A DNA stretch of 64,000 nucleotides from Candidatus Latescibacterota bacterium (GTDB lineage: Bacteria; Latescibacterota; UBA2968): positions 5,632,001-5,696,000 of the forward strand of contig OZ240241.1 of the NCBI GenBank assembly GCA_965198115.1, written 5' to 3'. The notes below the pieces were generated by a model. The model was not told where the DNA came from. It worked only from the letters and a program-made list of their open reading frames with translations, and did no database searches. A program made the position numbers and the translations under genes. Positions 56,421 to 64,000 of this stretch are shown one piece after another (within the stretch, counting starts at the first letter, position 1; every line of letters starts with the position of its first letter).

Positions 56421-57682
56421 GTGCATGGTTTCATAAACATTATTACGTATGTCCTGAACATTATTTGTAGCTTATGTTCTCCTTCAAAAGGAGGAGAACA
56501 ATGCCAAGACGTTCGCCTTATGTGGTGCTACTGTCTGAGAAGGAACGGGTCGACCTCGAGCGAATGGCTGGACAATATACGTTATCGTATTATCAAGTGA
56601 TCCGATCGAAAATCGTGCTTCTCGCCGCCGAGGGATTATCCAACAAGATTATCGCCCAACGGTTGGATGTCCCGCGTCCGATCGTAAGCAAATGGCGTAA
56701 GCGCTTTTTCGAAGAGCGTCTTTCGGGACTCGAAGATAGATCTCGTCCCGGGCGCCCGCCCGGTTTTCCCCCCTCAGGTGGTCGTTCAGATCAAGGCGCT
56801 GGCGTGTGAACTACCGAGCGAGAGCGGGATACCGCTCTCGCGGTTCAGCTGTTCCGAGATTGCCGCCGAGGCAGTGCAAAGGGGCTTCGTTGCCAAGATC
56901 AGCGGCGCCACTGTCTGGCGCTGGTTGAACGAGGACGCGATTCGTCCTTGGTATCATCGCTCCTGGATTTTCCCACGGGACCCGGACTTCCAAACCAAAG
57001 CAGGTAGAGTCCTTGATCTGTATCACCGCCAATGGCAAGGAAAGCCTTTAGGGCCGAGGGAATATGTACTTTCTGCCGACGAAAAGACCAGTATTCAAGC
57101 ACGAGCTCGCAAGCACGTTACCCTACCGCCAGCCTCGAACAGAGCGGCACGCGTTGAAACACGAATACGAGCGGAAAGGAGCCCTGGCCTATCTGGCTGC
57201 TCTCGACGTGCACAATGGTCGAATCTTCGGTCTCTGTGAGTCTTCTTCGGGTATCGAGCCCTTCAACCGGCTCCTGAGCCTGATCATGAGCCGGAAACCC
57301 TATTGCTCGGCAAAGAAAGTCTACCTCATCGTGGATAATGGCTCCTCGCACCGAGGGCAAACATGCATCGACCGTATCCAGGGGAAGTGGCCAAACATCC
57401 ACCCCGTTCACCTTCCGATCCACGCAAGCTGGCTCAATCAGATCGAGATCTACTTCTCGATCCTCAAACGCAAGGCTCTGACACCTATCGAATTTGCATC
57501 GCTCGAAGAGCTTGAGGCAAGAATCCTCGGTTTTCAGGAACGCTACGGACGTATCGCCACACCCTTCAAATGGAAGTTCACACGAACAGATCTCGCGGAG
57601 ATGATCGACAAACTCAGGTTCTACGATACGCCCTTGGCAAAGTCTGCTTAGAATACGTCACCGTATTTGAGAACAGGAGTAC
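56421..57682 (+). mobile_element. IS630-family element, copy 2
   Basis: IRs GTGCATGGTTTCATAAA / TTTGAGAACAGGAGTAC, TAA on both flanks; orfA from 56501, slippery TTTTCCCCC at 56764, ADEK, DNGSSH, SWLNQIE. Confidence 0.93.
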
Positions 57683-58311
57683 TAAGTGCCTTGGAGATCC
57701 ATTGATGCTGCAGTTTCAGGGGAAACCAACCTATGAGCGTGTTTCATCAAACGCAGTGCGCCGACCCATCCGCCGATCCGCGGTATTACCCCGGTCTTTC
57801 TATGAAGATCGGTCGTGTCCAATCGAATCCCAATGTCGTTGATTGTGTATATCTGGTCTCTGAATCGAGAGTCTATCAGCCAGGTTGGGATTAGCGGATT
57901 ATGTGCAAACGCACATCTCACAAGGAACAGGATTGTCGTGGCGTTTCGCACATCTTCATCGGGATCCGCGAAACGAGCCCGGCCGTGGAGCTTTTGTCGA
58001 GCAAGTTCATCCAATTGCATAAAGCACGTAGCAGCAACATTCATCATGATATTCTCGGCCAATAGATCTGCTGGAAGGGGATTGGATGCTGCACAAATCT
58101 GAATGGCATCATCGCCTCCCTCAGCGTTTTCCAGTGTGAAATCGCTTGAGAAGACATCAGGAGAGATCTCACCTCTGTGGAATGCGCGGACTAGGCGCAT
58201 GGCATTGAAGAGTGAGTTGATCGCCGTCACGATGCTCGCATCAGGGTTATCTATAAGGTGTTGTTGTCTCTCTGACAGGTCACCTGGATATGAGGTCTCT
58301 TCTTCGGTCAT
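57682..58311 (-). CDS. Hypothetical cassette-like protein (HEPN-like RxxxxH)
   Basis: Intact 209 aa; VRCAFAH motif; ATG 25 bp from attC-like site. Confidence 0.6.
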   Translation of the reverse strand: MTEEETSYPGDLSERQQHLIDNPDASIVTAINSLFNAMRLVRAFHRGEISPDVFSSDFTLENAEGGDDAIQICAASNPLPADLLAENIMMNVAATCFMQLDELARQKLHGRARFADPDEDVRNATTILFLVRCAFAHNPLIPTWLIDSRFRDQIYTINDIGIRLDTTDLHRKTGVIPRIGGWVGALRLMKHAHRLVSPETAASMDLQGT

Positions 58312-58335
58312 AGTTCACACCTTCAGGCGGGTGCC

Positions 58336-58412
58336 GCCCAACGGTTCAGGGTTGCAGGTGTGCCGGAGGTCGGAGCGACCAAAGGGAGCGGAGCCGCAAT
58401 CCGTTGTTAAAG
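58336..58412. repeat. attC-like site
   Basis: GCCCAAC...GTTAAAG, inner GGGTTGC/GCAATCC, 77 bp. Confidence 0.65.
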
Positions 58413-58421
58413 GTGCTCGTC

Positions 58422-59294
58422 TCACGTAATAGACACAGTCCTCACTACCTGCTTTATCAATCCGTCGCGGTCTCGGTAGGTCAGATTCAGCCGAATGTCC
58501 ATCCACCTGCTCCAGATCTTGTCGACTAAGTTGATGGGTTCCCCGTCTGTGGTATAGAATCCAACCGTCATGGGGTTCATGGAGAACTCGCGCTGCTCGC
58601 CTGGCGCTAAGATCATGTTTGCGATCAACCCTTGTCGTTGAGCAGCCTCGGGATATCTGGGTAAGCGCGATGTCCAGATTCGCGTTTATCGGACCAATTG
58701 GTTCTTCGGTGAGATTGCCGACACGAACAGCAAGTTCTCTATTTGAATGATCTGGGATCCCAACGAAGCCCACCTCGATCGGAACACCGGCCATGGTTCT
58801 GCCCGTGCGAGCATCTTTGCGACGGATCAAGTCTTCGAGTTCCGTAGGTTTGAGTGTTCCTACAGTCGGCCCGCGCCTTGTGTACACGACGTCCGTGGAA
58901 AGGATCTGATCGACATCTCGCATGCAATATGTGGCTGGTACTCACTCCACGGAATATGGATGACTCCAACACGGGCGTCGCAATAATCGAAATGGTAGAT
59001 GGACAGATCAGGCATCGGGTTGCAGTACCCTGACAGAATTTGATGAATCCTCTCAGACGAAGGCTCCTCGGTTACTCCACGGACCTTTCCACCATGCCTG
59101 CTGTCTGTCACTCCAATTATGATCTGCCCGGTCTCCGACTGCCCCAGTGAGTTGGCTATGGCCATCACGTCCCTGGCGAGCTTGGCTTTCCCCTGATTCG
59201 AGTCGAGATCATACCATCTCTCCTTGAATTCAAGAAGATCACTTTCCTCACCGCGAATCAAGGATGGAAGATTGGCTGGGTCGAATTCGGACAT
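58422..59294 (-). pseudogene. Schlafen/AlbA_2-domain protein, frameshifted twice
   Basis: EESDLLEFKE, RDVMAIANS, GQIIIGV..., VYTRRG; C-terminus continues in two other frames. Confidence 0.75.
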
Positions 59295-59321
59295 CTCAGC
59301 ATTCTTTGGACGGGCATGCGC

Positions 59322-59430
59322 GGTTAACGGATAGCCACCTACGACGCCTGCCGTGCCGGAGGCCTGGCACGCGGCTTGCGTTTCTTAGCAAGCCGCGTGA
59401 TCCGAGGCAGGTGTGGGTGGCTGACAGGCG
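59322..59430. repeat. attC-like site (one end degenerate)
   Basis: GGTTAACGG, stems AGCCACCTAC/GTGGGTGGCT and CACGCGGCTTGC/GCAAGCCGCGTG. Confidence 0.55.
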
Positions 59431-59479
59431 CAATCAATCGCGTTCATTTTGTGGGATCTCTCAACAATTCGGCCCAGCT

Positions 59480-59968
59480 TCATACTGGTTGACTGAGGAA
59501 CCGATCTCGCAATTCCTGAAGTGGCACCAACCCATTGGGTGTGCGTACGTAAAGATAGTCGTAGCCATTCAACGCCTTTGTATTACCTCCGTTGTTGTTT
59601 ACAACAGCCACCGCCAATTTGCTGGGCACGTCATAGTGGGTGCCAGCGAAGTCCACACTCCCGTCTTCGAGGACCTTCCCAGCTTCTATATAGGGTTCGC
59701 TTCCCTTTCTCTTCTGCCGAGAAAGAGCCCTGCATAGCATCTCTGTCCCAGGTGTGATTAAGCCCGATCGGACGAACTGCGGAAAGCTCACACGACCGCT
59801 CTCTTCCCGGCGCGGACCAACAGTGGACGAGAGATCCAGGGGACCGGGAATGGCCGAGGAATCCTGAGAGGTTGGCTCCCGATCAAAATACCATCTCAGA
59901 AGTTCCCCCCGAAGCTCCTGTGGCATCCCGCGGAGATCGGCTTCGGTTAATCTTACCTCGAATGGCAT
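59480..59968 (-). CDS. RAMA-domain protein
   Basis: GLITPG...VLEDGSV...Y..PS.LA...NGYDY...LQELR pattern; AGGAGG RBS. Confidence 0.65.
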   Translation of the reverse strand: MPFEVRLTEADLRGMPQELRGELLRWYFDREPTSQDSSAIPGPLDLSSTVGPRREESGRVSFPQFVRSGLITPGTEMLCRALSRQKRKGSEPYIEAGKVLEDGSVDFAGTHYDVPSKLAVAVVNNNGGNTKALNGYDYLYVRTPNGLVPLQELRDRFLSQPV

Positions 59969-60009
59969 GGCAAACCTCCTTTAGCAGTTATATTGAGGTG
60001 GTTAATTAA

Positions 60010-60055
60010 TCCTTTATACAAGAAACAAATAAAGGAATGAATGCAGGTGTGTCAA
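60010..60055 (-). promoter_or_regulatory. Promoter with operator-like palindrome upstream of RAMA gene
   Basis: TTGACA at 60055-60050 (minus strand); inverted repeat TCCTTTAT-N11-ATAAAGGA overlaps the -10 region. Confidence 0.45.
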
Positions 60056-60142
60056 GCCCTAAGATGGGGATCGTTTACAACCAGCTGTTTTATCAAGGAG
60101 TTAAATCTGAAAGGAAGTCAAATGCGGCGGGGCTGACATTAC

Positions 60143-60265
60143 CAATAACGGTTCAGGGTTGCAGACGCCCGTGGTCCCGTCAGGGTTTGGCGCAACGGCT
60201 GCGAAAGCAGACGACGTGACAAAGGCAGGGGTGCCGTAGGCCGAAGTTGCAACCCGTTATTACAC
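60143..60265. repeat. attC-like site
   Basis: CAATAAC...ATTACAC, inner GGGTTGCA/TGCAACCC; shares the 18-mer AACGGTTCAGGGTTGCAG with 58336-58412. Confidence 0.65.
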
Positions 60266-60284
60266 GCTGGCTCCCGCCGTGTTT

Positions 60285-61049
60285 CTAGCCGAAGGTTCCG
60301 TTAGGACGGATATCCGTAAGCATCGAAGCAAAGATGATTTCGAAGTCCTGGCTGAACTCCTTGATGACTGCGACTGCCGACCAACGTACCGGAGGGCCTT
60401 CGTACATAGCGAAGACAGGTCCACCGCTTACGCCTCCCCAAGGTTCACCAGGTTGTGGTTCTGGAAGTCCTTCGATCTGTTCCCACTCTTCTCTCTCGAA
60501 CTGAATCGCGATGGTGTCTTGGTGGACGGAAGTGGCGGGCCCCAGACCGTGACAGAATCCCCACTGCACCTGAAGCCCATTCTGTATCCTTTCGAAACCA
60601 CGAAATCCGCCAAGAATTATCCCTTTCCCCTCTTGGGGTGGTTGTGCGGGCCACGTCGCCGGGCTATGTGCTTGGACACCAAGGAACGCCAACTCCGATC
60701 GAGAGATGGCGAATGTAACGATGTCCCTCTGAATCGATTCCGACACGAGCCTGCCTAAGGGATTGAAGAACTCGTTTGCGACCTAGACTCTGATGTCAGC
60801 GTGGTTCGCCAAGTCTTGCCGAAGTCCCTCTATGACGTGTTGGGCAGTAACACCAAACGGGCCTTCACCAAGGTCTAGGAAAAACACCGTGCCATTGTTC
60901 TTAATCATGGGAATTGGACGATCAGAGCCTCTAAACCAGTAGATAGGTCTCGTCACGGCCAGGACGCAATCTGCAATTCGCCTGCTGTAGCCTTCGCGAA
61001 TCAGCTGTCGGGCATCGTCAATTGCGAGTGGTTCGTCGTCTGAGTTCAT
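60285..61049 (-). pseudogene. Trypsin-like serine protease with one in-frame TAG (60783)
   Basis: GTVFF, VTAQHV (His), RDIV (Asp), GGVSGGPVF (Ser); both track ORFs are in the same frame. Confidence 0.75.
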
Positions 61050-61075
61050 AGTTCAGGTCTGAAGGCGGAGCTTGT

Positions 61076-61150
61076 GTGTAACGTCTTCGCGGTGCACGAA
61101 CCTGCGAAGCAGGTTGCGTCGAAGTCCGTCAGGGCTAAGACGTATTAAGC
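61076..61150. repeat. attC-like site
   Basis: GTGTAACGTCTT...AAGACGTATTAAGC, 75 bp. Confidence 0.6.
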
Positions 61151-61165
61151 GCCGTTTTCTTGCCT

Positions 61166-61708
61166 TTAAGGTAGGCAGGCAATCTCCCGCGCTGATTCAT
61201 CAGAACCGCGGTCTACCTCAAGTACCAGACAAAAGTCCTTCTTCTTGTGCCTCTTGTATAACGTCTTCCAATTATGGAAAAGGTAATACGCCGATCCCGA
61301 TGTGCCCCATTCGCCGTGCCCAAAGCAGATGAAAAGGAAGTGCTCTTCATGCCTGGGATTCCTGATCCGCATCACGAGAGCTCTGTCCGGCGCTCCCCCC
61401 ATATAGCTCTGCCCTGCAACTACAAACCTCCGATGGCCAGATGCTGGATCGAAGTCAAATGTATAGAACTTCTGTTCCGGAAGATGCTCAACGTCGAAAG
61501 TCTTGATGTTCGAATCTGAGCTGCCAAAACAAAGAAAAGTTGAGTCCCATTCTGCCTCGACTTCAGAGTCTAGCACAACACGGATCGGACTATCATCCGG
61601 CCGGAATTTCGAGAAGGCCGACACCACGTATCTTGCTACTCGAATAGCATTTGTTCCAACGACATCATCTTCTCCGATCAGAGGTTGATCCGGACGTCCA
61701 CCTCGACT
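61166..61708 (-). pseudogene. Hypothetical cassette-like protein, 5'-truncated
   Basis: Frame open from 61708; FGSSDSN and GHGEWGTSGSAYYL motifs; stop 16 bp from attC-like site. Confidence 0.5.
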
Positions 61709-61874
61709 TCACTCGAATGGATGGACATAGATGTCGCCGTCATCTGGGAGATCTTGAAGCACTTTTTGCTGTTCGTTGGTCATCGTTCTCCCAGCCAAGG
61801 AGATGAGGGCGAAGCCGTTGTTTCCGTCCACCGTCCACCCGGGAATCCAAGCGCTCTTTGCTCCGTTCGGTTCT

Positions 61875-64000
61875 TCATCCAAATAAGGCATTGAAAAAGA
61901 GCTTATAAGTCCCGTGCATCTGCGCCCGATGCTGGGGCCGGAGGACGATCTTCCCCTTGCCGTAACTGGCTGAGATCATCGCGGCCTTCCCGGCGATTTG
62001 TTCTTCTCCAACCAGCCAACCGCTCTGCAGGAGGTCTCGGTCTCCGAAGTGGACGAGCTCTTCGTACTGGTCGTTAGAAAACGATGGGTCGATCTGGAAG
62101 GCGGGGCTGTTCCAACAGAGGGCCAGGGCATTCTGGGGCATGCCGAATCCCAGTGGGTGGGATGTGTCAATACGAACCTTGAGCGTCGACCCGGGACAGA
62201 AGTAGTCTTTCGCCGCTTTGCCAGCGAGGATGTTCGTGATACGTAGGTCGAGTTCGTCGATGGCGAAATGGCTGGCACGGTTGAGCGTAATTAGCGTTCC
62301 GCCCTCTTTAACGAAGGACCTGATGGCCTTGACTCCCTTCTTACCGATCCCGCTTCGGTAATCGGACGGCACGGGGTTTTCCTTGAGTCGCTCTTTCGAT
62401 TTCTTCCCGGTAATCATGTCGGAGCTGTCATCGGGGAGGATGAGGACATCGATCAGGTTCGTCAGATTTCCGGCTCTGATTTCCTCATCCATCAGGGTCT
62501 GATAAGGGAATTCGAACTGCTCGAGGACGAGACGGGTCCAGCCCTCGTCCATGTTGCCGCCCCAATAGCGCTGATACATGCCGACGCGGTGTCTGGCCAG
62601 TTCCTCGAAAGATGAAGTACTCGATAGCGCGTGGAAATCGAGTCCGAGGTCTGTGGCCAGCTCACCAAGAACGGGTTCCGATTCCGCAGGAGCGGCGAAA
62701 GCACCACACGGGAAGGTCACGTCGCCCAGAGACAACGGTGCCCGTGCGCGCGTAACCTGAAGGCCCTGATCGACCAATCGATTGAGGGCGATGTAGCTGT
62801 CATTCAGCCTGGCGTCGAAAGCGAATCCCCCATCGGAGGATCCGACGATCTGACCGGAGAGAGGCGCGGGTCCCGTGACGGTTTCGAGGAGGGCGTCGAT
62901 GGGTGAAGTGACCGGCTCGACGTCGACGCCCATGAACTCGGCGATTGTGTCGGTCGTGGTGTCGTAGGGCCGGGCGGGTGTCCCATCGGGCTGGCGCGTC
63001 CAGGCGTCGTCGGGATAGAGGGTTCTTCCAAGGAGCGTTTCGATGACCCCCATCTTTGGTTGCGCAAGCGGAATCCAGTGCGTGCCGGCGGGATACGTTC
63101 GGTCATTGACGTCGAAGGCATCGGTCGATCTGTGGATGTCGAAACCCTGCACGGTGAGAAGATCAAGCATCTTTTTCGCGGTTCCCGTGTCGTGCTGAGA
63201 AGCGGAGATCAGGTAACCGGCTGTTGGACCCGTGGCCCCGCGCTCGGTCTGACGTTTCGCTTTGAGGTAGGCATTCCAGAGGATGGTGTCCTTGTGTCGG
63301 GCGGCTTGATCGAGAAGCCCCCAGGCCGAGATCTTCTGCTGCTCGACGATGTTACGGAGACGCCACCAGCCGCCCTCCCAGGGATGCGGAAAACTGGTTT
63401 GCGCCTTGTATTGGGGGAACCCACGGATCGTGTTTCCACCCACGTCCCGCCAGTGTTTGTTGTCGTCCTGACCCTTGAGCTGGCTGTGGTGGAGATACAT
63501 GGGTGTTGCCAGCTTCGCATGAGCCGACTCGGTGAGCATGCTGGCGACGTTGTGATAGTTTCCCATCCAGTGAAAGCCGAGGTGGCTCCACGCGGGGAAG
63601 ACGGATGCGTTGAGGACGCCCGTTTTACCAGCTTCTTCCAGTCGGTAGGCCATGTGCGCGCCGTACCAGCTGATTTCCCGCCAAACGAGGGGATCCCCGT
63701 TAGGGTGAAGGGGCTCTGAATAGGGGCAGAGCCACAGACGAGCTCCGTAGCACCCCATTTCGTGGTGGTCTTGATAGGCGTGGGGCTGCCATTCTTTGTA
63801 CATGATCTGCGCGACGTAACTGGACTCGACGAGATTGAAGGCGAAGGCATCGCGGTTGTTGTCGTGCCCGGCATAGGTGTGGTAAAGCCACGGTAAGCCG
63901 CACCCTTCGTATTCAGTCCCAAGCTGCTCGTTGTACCAATCAGTGACCATGATCTGGCCGTCGGGGTTGAAACACGGGACGAACAGGGCGATGACGTTGT
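61875..64000 (-). CDS. M14-family zinc carboxypeptidase with C-terminal GATase-like domain (5' end beyond window)
   Basis: NPDG, GHDNNRD, DHHEMG, LTES, MDEGWTR, FVKEGGTL motifs. Confidence 0.88.
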   Translation of the reverse strand, partial: NVIALFVPCFNPDGQIMVTDWYNEQLGTEYEGCGLPWLYHTYAGHDNNRDAFAFNLVESSYVAQIMYKEWQPHAYQDHHEMGCYGARLWLCPYSEPLHPNGDPLVWREISWYGAHMAYRLEEAGKTGVLNASVFPAWSHLGFHWMGNYHNVASMLTESAHAKLATPMYLHHSQLKGQDDNKHWRDVGGNTIRGFPQYKAQTSFPHPWEGGWWRLRNIVEQQKISAWGLLDQAARHKDTILWNAYLKAKRQTERGATGPTAGYLISASQHDTGTAKKMLDLLTVQGFDIHRSTDAFDVNDRTYPAGTHWIPLAQPKMGVIETLLGRTLYPDDAWTRQPDGTPARPYDTTTDTIAEFMGVDVEPVTSPIDALLETVTGPAPLSGQIVGSSDGGFAFDARLNDSYIALNRLVDQGLQVTRARAPLSLGDVTFPCGAFAAPAESEPVLGELATDLGLDFHALSSTSSFEELARHRVGMYQRYWGGNMDEGWTRLVLEQFEFPYQTLMDEEIRAGNLTNLIDVLILPDDSSDMITGKKSKERLKENPVPSDYRSGIGKKGVKAIRSFVKEGGTLITLNRASHFAIDELDLRITNILAGKAAKDYFCPGSTLKVRIDTSHPLGFGMPQNALALCWNSPAFQIDPSFSNDQYEELVHFGDRDLLQSGWLVGEEQIAGKAAMISASYGKGKIVLRPQHRAQMHGTYKLFFNALFG

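Noticed and set aside
60783-60785. Stop-codon recoding (TAG here, TGA at 35995, TAG at 46815)
   Set aside because: The stop types are mixed and the surrounding region is decayed; TAG and TGA terminate intact core genes normally.

Overview
The window has two very different parts. About 1-13.2 kb is intact, co-oriented chromosomal DNA of a GC-rich diderm bacterium. Dockerin/EF-hand, PhyH and GH127-like genes elsewhere in the window suggest Latescibacterota or similar (inference). This part holds a DUF6754 membrane-protein cluster, OppD/OppF ATPases with no visible permease, a gluzincin-propeller-Omp85 fusion, a UbiA-type phosphoribosyltransferase, DUF362 and a phosphotransferase. About 13.3-61.9 kb is a decaying accessory region. 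It contains many IS elements (ISL3, IS21, IS200, three IS256, ISNCY, three IS630, IS1182, IS1595, IS3) plus Tn3 and plasmid repA remnants. It also holds a broken SspB/SspC-like defence locus and a phage-type int/xis element ending in a tRNA-Leu(TAA) 3'-half att site. An IS1595 'transporter' element carries a DNA methyltransferase, an unknown gene and an unannotated 56-aa ORF. The most striking unannotated signal is a family of six attC-like palindromes. Four of them punctuate a co-oriented array of defence-like ORFs at 57.7-61.7 kb (Schlafen/AlbA_2, RAMA, trypsin-like protease). Two more bracket an aac(3)/YokD gene at 19.7-20.8 kb. No integron integrase is present in the window. The window ends inside an M14 peptidase gene. 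All family assignments come from motif recognition by eye, not database searches.
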